From positions 3,769 to 67,768 of the IMG/VR virus record IMGVR_UViG_3300014934_000112: a stretch of DNA of 64,000 nucleotides, one strand, 5' to 3'. This DNA is from a virus. Below are positions 1 through 7,527 of this stretch, piece after piece (position 1 is the stretch's first letter; each line of letters begins with the position of its first letter). The notes under the pieces were generated by a model. The model was not told the DNA's origin, ran no database searches, and saw only the letters and a list, made by a program, of their open reading frames with translations. A program made the translations under genes and the position numbers.

Positions 1-926
1 ATATCCCATAAGTTATGGTATTTTTTTGCTCCAAATCGTTTAGCCCATTTTGTTTCTGTTTTAGTATTGTTGGGTTTCCACTGGAACGGCAGCATATGGT
101 AGTTGATATAGAAAGCAATGTCTCCTATATTGTGATTCACAAATAAAGAATGCTGATTTGCAACCTCATAGACCAACATCATATATGCACCAATATTTTC
201 ATGTCCGTAATAATGCGCCACACCATTTTCGTCGAATGTTTGGGTGTATAATTTGCCCATATCATGATATTTAGTTGCTATAATCATTTCGTAGTCTTTA
301 TTTTTATGTAAGCCATGATTTTTTGCAAAATAGTAAGCATCTGTCATATGTTTACCAAGAGACTCTAAATGATATGGATTCTTCTGGTCGAAATCATTAT
401 ATATTTCTGAAACCCATGTGCTTTCAAGTCTATAGTTATACTTGTCTTTATTGTGAATTTGATCAACAAATTTAATCTCATCCCAACCTTCTTCGGCAAA
501 TGGAATCTGAAACTTTCGTGCCTGTTTATCAATTACATAATCTGGTACTGGATGTTCTCTGTCAATGTTATCTCTTTTACATTCACCAATTGGTTTTACG
601 ATAACAACACAGATTTTCTCACAATCAATTCCTTTAATAATATTGAGAATGGCTCGTCTGGATTTCATAGTAATGTTCGTTGCTTCTGCAAATACGTCCA
701 TACCATTTTTAAGGTTACTTCGAATTAAATTATGGAATTTCTGAAATACAGCACCATTCATAGACTGATCTTCAACAGAACCACAAATTTCTTTTCTCAG
801 ATTGTCAGTAGACAAAATTACTGCATCACTCTTTTCTCTGACCTCTATCTGATCTTTTATATATTGTGACTTACCAGATGCTGATAAGCCACACAATAGT
901 GTAAGTCTTGGTTTTCTTTCGCTCAT
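1..926 (-). CDS. Polynucleotide kinase (P-loop) fused to an HD-domain phosphohydrolase, for RNA/DNA end healing. The C-terminal end of the gene lies beyond the window start (partial).
   Basis: Minus-strand translation from the ATG at 924-926, preceded by the RBS GAAAGGAGAATT, gives MSERKPRLTLLCGLSASGKSQ (Walker A GxxxxGKS). It continues into an HD-type motif region (HLESLGKHMTDAYYFAKNHG ... ATKYHDMGK ... YYGHENIGAY). The ORF runs off position 1. Confidence 0.6.
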   Translation of the reverse strand, partial: MSERKPRLTLLCGLSASGKSQYIKDQIEVREKSDAVILSTDNLRKEICGSVEDQSMNGAVFQKFHNLIRSNLKNGMDVFAEATNITMKSRRAILNIIKGIDCEKICVVIVKPIGECKRDNIDREHPVPDYVIDKQARKFQIPFAEEGWDEIKFVDQIHNKDKYNYRLESTWVSEIYNDFDQKNPYHLESLGKHMTDAYYFAKNHGLHKNKDYEMIIATKYHDMGKLYTQTFDENGVAHYYGHENIGAYMMLVYEVANQHSLFVNHNIGDIAFYINYHMLPFQWKPNNTKTETKWAKRFGAKKYHNLWD

Positions 927-992
927 AATTCTCCTTTCGTGTGATAAAATTCGAGTTTTATGTAAAAAATCAATCGTCAAAAATCCTTTATT

Positions 993-2156
993 TTACTGGT
1001 GTTTTAGCAGATACTCTCTGCTGACATTTTTGAAACTTTGCTGTCCGTCAAGACTTCTGTATACAAATCCTTCTCTTTTAACTTTTGGATTGATAATACT
1101 GAATCCATCAGCCTGAAGCTTAATCTCTTCCATTGTATCTGGCGTTTTGTAGTGTTCATTGATAATTGGCACATGTTCTAAGTTATTATCATCACAGAAT
1201 TTTGCCATTTCCTGTGTACCTTTACGAATTCCTTCAACTACCAAATTGAATACGAATAAACGATTCTCTTTAAATTTGTAAGGATTTCCCTGTACACTAC
1301 CTGTACCTTCACCCTGTAAAACAACACGGTCATAGTTATTTGCAATGGCATAATCAATTAAAATCTTTTCAATATTATATTTGTCGGCAAGTTCCCAGTA
1401 GATATTGGAGTCATGATAACATTCCTGATCTCTGTCAGCCTGTCGGACATTTCTACTACATACAACAAACTCGAATTTGTTTTTGCCACGTTTCATCCGA
1501 TCAACGGCATATGTGCAAGATGTTCCATCAATTTTTTCTGTCTGAACCCACTCCTCATTAGACTCAAGATAGAATGGGCAATTTTCAATTCGGTTTTCAT
1601 CTGTCTTCACAATCCATGATGGGAACTGTTTAGGATTATCTTTTTTCTTACCAAAGAACAAGAATAAAAGTTTCCTACCAATGTCGTATCTCATGATTTT
1701 TCTGATGATTGGTTTTGAGAAAAATTCTTTATGTCTTGCAGCCATAGCTTTATATTTAGCGTTTGGATCTACTTTATTCGATTTTCTCTTACGATCTTCT
1801 TCGGAAGAATATGTAATTCTTAATTCCTTTGTAACATCATCACCAAGTTTTCTGTCAGATAATTCTGGGAATAATGTAAGTGGTAATGCTAACCCTTGAC
1901 TAAAACATTTAAATTTTCCGAGTTTCATTGTTTTGACCTTATAATGCTTCTTCTCTAGAAAAGCAAATCTCTCATCATCTGCTGGGCATTTGCTGTCAAT
2001 TTCAACAAATACAGCTTTGTCCCCAACTTTAAATTCATCAATTTTTGCGATTAATACCCAACCAAGAACGCCAATTAGTTCGATATTATCTGCACCATCA
2101 ATTGGTTTAATCCATGCAATTTCTTCAATATGTGCTAATGCTCTTTCTTTTGCCAA
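993..2156 (-). CDS. ATP-dependent RNA ligase family protein (nucleotidyltransferase KxDG motif)
   Basis: A 387-aa ORF containing EKIDGTS (the lysine-adenylation motif KxDG of ATP-dependent polynucleotide ligases), preceded by a ~200-aa N-terminal domain. It sits immediately downstream of the kinase/HD gene, the classic end-healing plus end-sealing pairing. Confidence 0.55.
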   Translation of the reverse strand: MAKERALAHIEEIAWIKPIDGADNIELIGVLGWVLIAKIDEFKVGDKAVFVEIDSKCPADDERFAFLEKKHYKVKTMKLGKFKCFSQGLALPLTLFPELSDRKLGDDVTKELRITYSSEEDRKRKSNKVDPNAKYKAMAARHKEFFSKPIIRKIMRYDIGRKLLFLFFGKKKDNPKQFPSWIVKTDENRIENCPFYLESNEEWVQTEKIDGTSCTYAVDRMKRGKNKFEFVVCSRNVRQADRDQECYHDSNIYWELADKYNIEKILIDYAIANNYDRVVLQGEGTGSVQGNPYKFKENRLFVFNLVVEGIRKGTQEMAKFCDDNNLEHVPIINEHYKTPDTMEEIKLQADGFSIINPKVKREGFVYRSLDGQQSFKNVSREYLLKHQ

Positions 2157-2194
2157 GTTTCTTATCTCTCCTTTTCTTATTTCAAAGTCAAATT

Positions 2195-2524
2195 TTATTC
2201 CTCTTGTTTCTTTTTGCTATAATCACAGTCAATCGTAAATTTAATCCGCTTGATTATAGGTAGACTCTCGTATTCAATAACGTCTCTTGTTATTGAACCG
2301 TTATACTTTTCAGAATCCTGTGTGTATGTTGACAACATATCTAACGTAACAGCTGCCATCTCCGCACATCTATGACAAACATCTACGTCAATAGACTCAA
2401 TCATTGACTGATCAGGGCTATTGGCTCCAAGGCATTCAACTTTTGGTATTGTTAATTTATGATGTTTATCGGTACACTCTTTATGGCAGAAATCACAGTA
2501 ATATTTTGTTTCTGTTTTCTTCAT
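2195..2524 (-). CDS. Small Cys-rich zinc-ribbon protein, tandem paralog of 2525-2926
   Basis: The motif YYCDFCHKECTDKHH..TIP plus CHRCAEMA is shared with the adjacent ORF (YYCDFCGNECTDEHY..TLP, CAKCARINA). Confidence 0.45.
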   Translation of the reverse strand: MKKTETKYYCDFCHKECTDKHHKLTIPKVECLGANSPDQSMIESIDVDVCHRCAEMAAVTLDMLSTYTQDSEKYNGSITRDVIEYESLPIIKRIKFTIDCDYSKKKQEE

Positions 2525-2926
2525 TTACTGTACCTCTTTATAATTAAGTATCATTGTATTATCTATATCTGGTCGAGTGACACAACATATCAACGGATCT
2601 TTCTTAAAAGCAGGATCAGATAAATCAATTTCTACGGTCTGTCTAATATCTACTCTACGCCTACATGCATTTGACAAAAATGTACACGTTTGAGCATTAA
2701 TCCTAGCACACTTAGCACATAGATTTAATTCATGGATTGCTATCAAATTATCATCTGGATTTTCTGGAGCAAATCTGCTTGTATATCCATCTGTTTGTTT
2801 AAATGGTAAAGTAACGTCATAGTGTTCATCAGTACATTCATTGCCACAAAAGTCACAATAATATTCTTCAATCGTCTTTGCTGTCTTCACATTTTCTCCT
2901 TTCTGTGCTATAATAAATTTGCACAT
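2525..2926 (-). CDS. Small Cys-rich zinc-ribbon protein, tandem paralog of 2195-2524
   Basis: Same CxxC...CxxC architecture and shared motif as the 2195-2524 ORF. Confidence 0.45.
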   Translation of the reverse strand: MCKFIIAQKGENVKTAKTIEEYYCDFCGNECTDEHYDVTLPFKQTDGYTSRFAPENPDDNLIAIHELNLCAKCARINAQTCTFLSNACRRRVDIRQTVEIDLSDPAFKKDPLICCVTRPDIDNTMILNYKEVQ

Positions 2927-2967
2927 GAATCAAAAGTTATTTGAGAACGATGTAATTTTGTATACGA

Positions 2968-3000
2968 GATACCACTTTTAACTGAGGTGGTATCTTTTTT
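2968..3000 (+). terminator. Intrinsic-terminator-like hairpin (GATACCAC / GTGGTATC) followed by T6
   Basis: An 8-bp perfect stem with an 11-nt loop and then TTTTTT. The T-run lies on the plus strand although the neighbouring genes are on the minus strand. Confidence 0.35.
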
Positions 3001-3018
3001 GTATACAAAACATTTATT

Positions 3019-3417
3019 TTATGAATCCTGTTTCACTGGAATCCATTCAGTAACTGGAACCATTTTCTCTACTTTCTTAACCTCATATGGCTGATCATCA
3101 ATTCCATTTTCTTGATATTCTGTCAGCGCTTTAAACCAATCAATCGCAAAATACTTATCTCGAATTTTAATAATGCTTGTCATTGACTTAACCCATCTCA
3201 GGTCATCTCTTGAAATTTCATCCACATGCATGTCTCGATAATCATAAATTAGTTGTTCGATTTCGTCGGTATCAAGATGCTTACCTTCACTAATTCTGTC
3301 ATAGACACTATCAAGAAAATCATCTTTCTGGCTTGTTTTATTTGTAATCATTCTTTCGTCTCTTTTTATCAAATAATTATGGTCGAGCCATTTCTTTAAT
3401 TTATCATTTGCGTTCAT
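3019..3417 (-). CDS. Hypothetical protein
   Basis: A 132-aa ORF with ATGA-type overlap to the upstream ORF; no recognisable motifs. Confidence 0.4.
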   Translation of the reverse strand: MNANDKLKKWLDHNYLIKRDERMITNKTSQKDDFLDSVYDRISEGKHLDTDEIEQLIYDYRDMHVDEISRDDLRWVKSMTSIIKIRDKYFAIDWFKALTEYQENGIDDQPYEVKKVEKMVPVTEWIPVKQDS

Positions 3418-4079
3418 GATTTTACTTTCTCTACTAATGCGTTTGATTTAAGTGTGCATACTGGGCAAACATAATTCTTGTCGCCGTTATAATCTACATC
3501 AATTGTTCCATCTGTATCAACGTAACAAACCATATAGTTAGACGTAGAATCAGGGGTTAATAACCAATGACAACCTGTTATATGCGCAATATAATCTCTA
3601 TATAGCCTATATTCGTCTAAAGTAAGCAATGAAATTTTCTCGAATAACGTGCCATATGTTGTACCATCTAGCGCCATTAAATTTCTTTCTGTCAGCATTA
3701 TTTTGCTTTCATCACAGAAATAATCTTCAATCTCAGATTTTAATGTGTTCTGTAAATTCAAACGCAGATTGCTATAACGCCAATTATTTGTACTCACATC
3801 GAATTCTGGAGCAACATCCATGAAATCTTTTGTGATTATAAAGCAACCATTAGATTTCTCACGATGTTCTAGTAGAATCCATTCTCTATCAGCAATTTTA
3901 AATACACTTCCTGGCTTTAATCTGCCTACTTCTACTTTTGAATTTACTTCGGTAAACCTCACAATATCATTTACATCATTTGAAGAATCATTTTCTTCCG
4001 ATTTCATCATATCTTTATCTTCAATTACTTTTACGACCGCCTTGGCAATGTCATAAATATCTTCTTTATCTAATGTCAA
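3414..4079 (-). CDS. Hypothetical protein
   Basis: A 221-aa ORF co-directional with and abutting its neighbours. Confidence 0.4.
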   Translation of the reverse strand: MTLDKEDIYDIAKAVVKVIEDKDMMKSEENDSSNDVNDIVRFTEVNSKVEVGRLKPGSVFKIADREWILLEHREKSNGCFIITKDFMDVAPEFDVSTNNWRYSNLRLNLQNTLKSEIEDYFCDESKIMLTERNLMALDGTTYGTLFEKISLLTLDEYRLYRDYIAHITGCHWLLTPDSTSNYMVCYVDTDGTIDVDYNGDKNYVCPVCTLKSNALVEKVKS

Positions 4080-5079
4080 GCTTTCTCTCCTTTACAAATT
4101 CTCTGTATTTCTTTGTATACTCATAAGAATCTTTAAAAATATTACAGATACCGTTATACATTCTTGGCTCAAATTGTTTTACAATATCAAGTTCGTTTTG
4201 ATAATCTTTACAAAATGGACATCCGCAACAGCCTGTCCTTTTTAATCCATATCGTTCATAACAATCCGAATGTCTAATCTTAAAATATGCACAATATTCT
4301 GATTTGTCGCTATCCAAATACCAAAAGATTGGTCTGTATTGATCACACTGCCCGACTTTTTCATCAAAACAGCTTTTATATCTTGATGCCCTTACTCCGC
4401 CTTCGGCTTTCCGAACACCTATAATACTTAGATCGTATCCATTGTCTTTTATTGCTTTATGAGATACATCTTTCTTAGCATAGTTGCAACACTTCCCAGA
4501 AATCTTAAATTGCGGTGGGTTCTGGACTATAAATTCTTTTAAAAATCTGTTATAGTTAATGTTAAAACTACTCAATCTTTTGCCATTATTTAACGTACCG
4601 TGTGAATCACACCACCACATAAGAGCAGATTTGCACTTCGGATACTTCTGATATAAATCATCAAATGGTTTGTCTTCCCATTGGAATCCGTGGCTTTGCA
4701 ATCTATACATCATTTCGCTGACATGCTTAGACATGAATGGTTGTCCATAAATCTTACATGATAATGGAATTGCTTTAATTGCTTTCTGTTGGATAATCTC
4801 AATATCATATTTATTTTCAAGATATTTAAGATGGTCTTTAGTTGCTTGATACTCTAAACCAGTGTCAAACCACATGTAATCAACCTTGTTATGTATATCA
4901 CATTTCCAGATCATGTCTAACATTACATCACTGTCAGCTCCGCCAGAAATTGAGCATAAAATCTTTTTATAATCAGTTCTGTTTATAATTGACCATGCCC
5001 GAATCATGTTGTCACAAATTGTCTTGTTTGCAGGGCATGTATCTAATAATTCATCAATATTCTTAGGTTTCTTAACCAA
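4066..5079 (-). CDS. PP-loop ATP pyrophosphatase of the PAPS-reductase/DndC-like family, with a C-terminal Cys cluster. Uses a TTG start.
   Basis: SISGGADSDV (the SGGxDS PP-loop) lies near the N-terminus and the C-terminus ends CCGCPFC. The start is TTG at 5077-5079 with the RBS GAGGAAG seven nt upstream; there is no in-frame ATG upstream before a TAA. Confidence 0.55.
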   Translation of the reverse strand: MVKKPKNIDELLDTCPANKTICDNMIRAWSIINRTDYKKILCSISGGADSDVMLDMIWKCDIHNKVDYMWFDTGLEYQATKDHLKYLENKYDIEIIQQKAIKAIPLSCKIYGQPFMSKHVSEMMYRLQSHGFQWEDKPFDDLYQKYPKCKSALMWWCDSHGTLNNGKRLSSFNINYNRFLKEFIVQNPPQFKISGKCCNYAKKDVSHKAIKDNGYDLSIIGVRKAEGGVRASRYKSCFDEKVGQCDQYRPIFWYLDSDKSEYCAYFKIRHSDCYERYGLKRTGCCGCPFCKDYQNELDIVKQFEPRMYNGICNIFKDSYEYTKKYREFVKERKLDIR

Positions 5080-5087
5080 ATGTACTT

Positions 5088-5119
5088 CCTCACGAAAATT
5101 TATTTCGTTTTCCGTGAGG
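5088..5119 (-). promoter_or_regulatory. Stem-loop that sequesters the Shine-Dalgarno sequence of the PP-loop ATPase gene
   Basis: CCTCACGAAAA ... TTTTCCGTGAGG form an 11-bp stem with one bulge and a 9-nt loop. The minus-strand RBS GAGGAAG (plus-strand 5085-5091) lies within the stem. Confidence 0.3.
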
Positions 5120-5256
5120 TAAAGCCATACTTGGTGAGTGTCTTTTTACACCACTATCACATTCCTTTTTCGATATAATCTAGCCAACGATCCGCTGAAT
5201 TATATCTTCGTGGAAACCTTTATGTCCTAAAGGTAATTAGTACAGATGGTTGAAGT

Positions 5257-5625
5257 CTAACCAATCGGCAGCACAGCGTCTCCGATATATTGCATATCCA
5301 ATATTTTGCAATCTTTCATTGGATGATCTGGATTCTCATTATTGTAATCTCTTACAAACATATCGAGCCAAAAATCAGAATATTCGTTATCATCTTTTGA
5401 GTTGAATACCGCATATCTGTATGCATTTTTATAGTTTCCCTTTGCTGTAAAATATGCTAGTTTGATTTGATATACTGGCAATTCTATTCTTGTTTTGATA
5501 AAGTTCTTTGGGTGTGTATCACGTAGTTTAGATCGTAATTCTTCATCAAAAATTTCAACTGTATCAATTCCTGTTCTGATAGCGCATTCGTCAAAAAATC
5601 GGTTAGGATGCACTGTTTTCACCAC
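5257..5625 (-). CDS. Hypothetical protein
   Basis: A 122-aa ORF. Confidence 0.4.
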   Translation of the reverse strand: MVKTVHPNRFFDECAIRTGIDTVEIFDEELRSKLRDTHPKNFIKTRIELPVYQIKLAYFTAKGNYKNAYRYAVFNSKDDNEYSDFWLDMFVRDYNNENPDHPMKDCKILDMQYIGDAVLPIG

Positions 5626-5642
5626 CTTTCTGATGTTTGACT

Positions 5643-5822
5643 TTACAATATAATTTTATGACCACACTGCGGACAGTGAATGAATTCCACATACCCACTA
5701 CAATAGCTGTATCCGACAAGTTCAGATTTAATATCTGATTCATCAAATCTCAACACAGCGCCACATCCATTGCATTTAACTTTTCGTTTAGTGCCATCTT
5801 TTAAAATTTTAATCATTTTCAT
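5643..5822 (-). CDS. 59-aa zinc-ribbon protein. It is below the ORF-track size cutoff and was found by manual translation.
   Basis: MKMIKILKDGTKRKVKCNGCGAVLRFDESD...CPQCGHKIIL. The start ATG overlaps the stop of the upstream paralog (ATGA-type overlap). Confidence 0.4.
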   Translation of the reverse strand: MKMIKILKDGTKRKVKCNGCGAVLRFDESDIKSELVGYSYCSGYVEFIHCPQCGHKIIL

Positions 5823-6015
5823 CTACCTCAACTTCTACTGGATGTTTGCACTGTGGACAGATTATATAGTTTGGTGGGTATACTGGTTTGAGAGTTCTGA
5901 AATCAATCGTTCGCTTTGGCTTATCTTTAATATCATTTTTCTCATAACTCAACTCTGCACCACAATTTTCACAAGTGCATTGTTTTCGTGTTCCTCTTTC
6001 TAAAATTTCAATCAT
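5809..6015 (-). CDS. 68-aa zinc-ribbon protein, paralog of 5643-5822. Start reassigned from 6111 to the internal ATG.
   Basis: The internal ATG at 6013-6015 is preceded by the strong RBS GGAAAGGAGAGACCA; product MIEILERGTRKQCTCENCGAEL...CPQCKHP. The longer 6111 start would place a terminator-like hairpin inside the coding region. Confidence 0.45.
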   Translation of the reverse strand: MIEILERGTRKQCTCENCGAELSYEKNDIKDKPKRTIDFRTLKPVYPPNYIICPQCKHPVEVEVDEND

Positions 6016-6075
6016 TGGTCTCTCCTTTCCTTGATTTTCTTCATTTTTCTCAAATTTCCTAAAATCGCATCGACC

Positions 6076-6102
6076 AAAACCCTTGTAAAATAAGGGTTTT
6101 TT
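6076..6102. terminator. Palindromic hairpin AAAACCCTT / AAGGGTTTT with a T-run. It lies just outside the left inverted repeat of the Dam switch.
   Basis: A 9-bp perfect stem with a 7-nt loop, followed by T6 on the plus strand. Confidence 0.4.
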
Positions 6103-6122
6103 GACGGTCAATTTTGCAATAA

Positions 6123-6138
6123 AATATTTCTTTTATGT
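6123..6138. repeat. Left inverted repeat (16 bp, AATATTTCTTTTATGT) of the invertible segment; contains the ATG of the plus-strand Dam fragment
   Basis: Perfect reverse complement of 6426-6441; 17 of 18 positions match if extended by two. Confidence 0.8.
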
Positions 6139-6419
6139 CATGTGACTATAACTATTTCAAGGATGTAAAAAATTGCTTATTATATCTTGATCCGCCATAC
6201 AAAGGCACAAGCAATTACGCTAAAAGTTGTATGGATTATGATCATTTTTATGATTTTTGTCACGACATTGCGCAAAATAACCTTGTTATCATTAGCGAAT
6301 ACGATATGCCAAATGACGAATTTAAATGCATTTGGCAAAAAGAACGTACAGTGTGCCAAGATGCCAACCGAATAAATGGACAAAAGGCAACTGAAAAATT
6401 ATTTATTCCCAATTTATGA
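6135..6419 (+). CDS. dam: Dam-family N6-adenine DNA methyltransferase, C-terminal portion (catalytic motif IV DPPY), carried on the inverted segment
   Basis: MSCDYNYFKDVKNCLLYLDPPYKGTSNY..NLVIISEYD aligns with the E. coli Dam region FFYCESYADSMARADDASVVYCDPPY..PVLISNHD. There is no SAM-binding N-terminal domain and no RBS before the ATG. Confidence 0.65.
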   Translation: MSCDYNYFKDVKNCLLYLDPPYKGTSNYAKSCMDYDHFYDFCHDIAQNNLVIISEYDMPNDEFKCIWQKERTVCQDANRINGQKATEKLFIPNL

Positions 6420-6423
6420 TTAT

Positions 6424-6879
6424 TTACATAAAAGAAATATTCTTTAATGAAATCGCTTGTTTTCGTAAATTAATCACTCTCTCATAATACATATTTCTTT
6501 TTCCAGTCTTAACTTGTCCGAACCCGCCATTGAAGTATTTCCCTCCAAAGCTTGCACAGTATCCAATCAAAGCAGTGTATTCTTTAGAATATTTATCTCC
6601 TCCTGCTTTTCGATTTTCTCTAACTTCAACATAATGTTCCTTCGAACAAATTTCTGGAGCAATTGGAATCGTTGGATTTTCTTGAACGTATTTCAATAAT
6701 GCAATCAATTCATCATTAATGTCTGCGCCAATTTTGTTTTTACATTGAATCTTATCAATAATATTGGCTCCGCCAACAAATGGCTCTATGTATGTTTCAA
6801 TATTGTTATCATCAATATATTTCTGAATAATCGGTACAATATATTTTGCAATTCTATTTTTACTTCCTTGATATACTAT
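6424..6879 (-). CDS. dam: Dam-family N6-adenine DNA methyltransferase, N-terminal portion (SAM-binding motif I). It begins at an ATA codon and has no ATG/GTG/TTG.
   Basis: The minus-strand translation after a TAA stop reads RQ-I-VYQGSKNRIAKYIVPIIQKYIDDNNIETYIEPFVGGANIIDKIQCKNKIGADINDELIALL...YCASFGGKYFNGGFG...ISFM*. This matches E. coli Dam WAGGK...EPFVGAGSVF...ADINSDLISLY...YGYNG...FNVPFG. The in-frame ATA is at 6877-6879. Confidence 0.6.
   Translation of the reverse strand: MVYQGSKNRIAKYIVPIIQKYIDDNNIETYIEPFVGGANIIDKIQCKNKIGADINDELIALLKYVQENPTIPIAPEICSKEHYVEVRENRKAGGDKYSKEYTALIGYCASFGGKYFNGGFGQVKTGKRNMYYERVINLRKQAISLKNISFM
6426..6441. repeat. Right inverted repeat (ACATAAAAGAAATATT); encodes the last codons (..NISFM) of the minus-strand Dam N-terminal part
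   Basis: Perfect reverse complement of 6123-6138. Confidence 0.8.
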
Positions 6880-7140
6880 TTGTCTTTACCAGAAAGCCCA
6901 TATGGTTTACAGTAGCTACACTCTCGTTTTCCTTTCTGGTTTATTATTTAATTAAAGTCATCAATTAGCAAATTCTCACAACTCCAAATTCGTATAATCC
7001 TACATCATCCTCAAGTGCAATAGTGTCATGTTCTGTCGTAGTAATAAATTCATTATCTATGCCAACAACTGGCATATGATCTGGATATTTACCCAGCTTT
7101 TTCTTAAGCTGTCCAACTGTTATATAATTTGGTTCTTCCA

Positions 7141-7527
7141 TTACAATCTCACAACTTTCTTATCTGCTAACTCTTTTACTCTATCAGTCAAAGTTACTGC
7201 CATCACATGTGTTCCCATATAAGCATCAAGAGCTTCGCCAATTAAATTGTATCCTTCATCAATAAGAACATGATCATAATTCATTCCACGCTTGTTCTTA
7301 CATTCTTCTACGGTCATAGGTACTGGAATAATTAAGTCAAGATCGTTTGCTTTGTTTAATAATAGCTTGATCTGTGAATGATTTTTTACAATAATCGGAT
7401 ACTGTGTTGTAGCACTCGTATAGAGTAATTGTGTAGTTTTGCCCGTTGCTCTGTCTTTAATAATCAGTGTTGTTTGTTTATTTGTCATAGCTAATCTCCT
7501 TCTATATAAAATATCTCTGAAGTTCAT
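7141..7527 (-). CDS. Hypothetical protein
   Basis: A 128-aa ORF. Confidence 0.4.
   Translation of the reverse strand: MNFRDILYRRRLAMTNKQTTLIIKDRATGKTTQLLYTSATTQYPIIVKNHSQIKLLLNKANDLDLIIPVPMTVEECKNKRGMNYDHVLIDEGYNLIGEALDAYMGTHVMAVTLTDRVKELADKKVVRL

Larger units (their letters stand above)
6123..6441. other. Invertible DNA segment (~287 bp between 16-bp inverted repeats) that interrupts a Dam-family methyltransferase gene. The present orientation is the split (OFF) state.
   Basis: The N-terminal and C-terminal halves of one Dam-like protein lie on opposite strands exactly at the inverted repeats. In silico inversion joins ...KQAISLKNISFM to SCDYNYFKDVKNCLLYLDPPY... in frame. Confidence 0.65.

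Noticed and set aside
1340-2238. Plus-strand ORFs (1340-1561, 1413-1619, 1681-1899, 1990-2238) antisense to the RNA ligase gene
   Set aside because: Their composition is low-complexity and hydrophobic, they have no RBS, and they are fully embedded in a well-supported minus-strand gene. I treat them as spurious.
5809-6111. Longer version of the zinc-ribbon ORF starting at 6111
   Set aside because: It would place the AAAACCCTT/AAGGGTTTT terminator hairpin inside the coding sequence. The internal ATG at 6013-6015 has a near-perfect RBS.
6842-6901. Alternative explanation of the Dam N-terminus as a +1 frameshift from the ATG at 6899-6901 (MGFLVK...)
   Set aside because: That ATG has no RBS. The ATA-start pattern shared with the other two methyltransferase genes explains the data more economically. 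It is kept only as a fallback.
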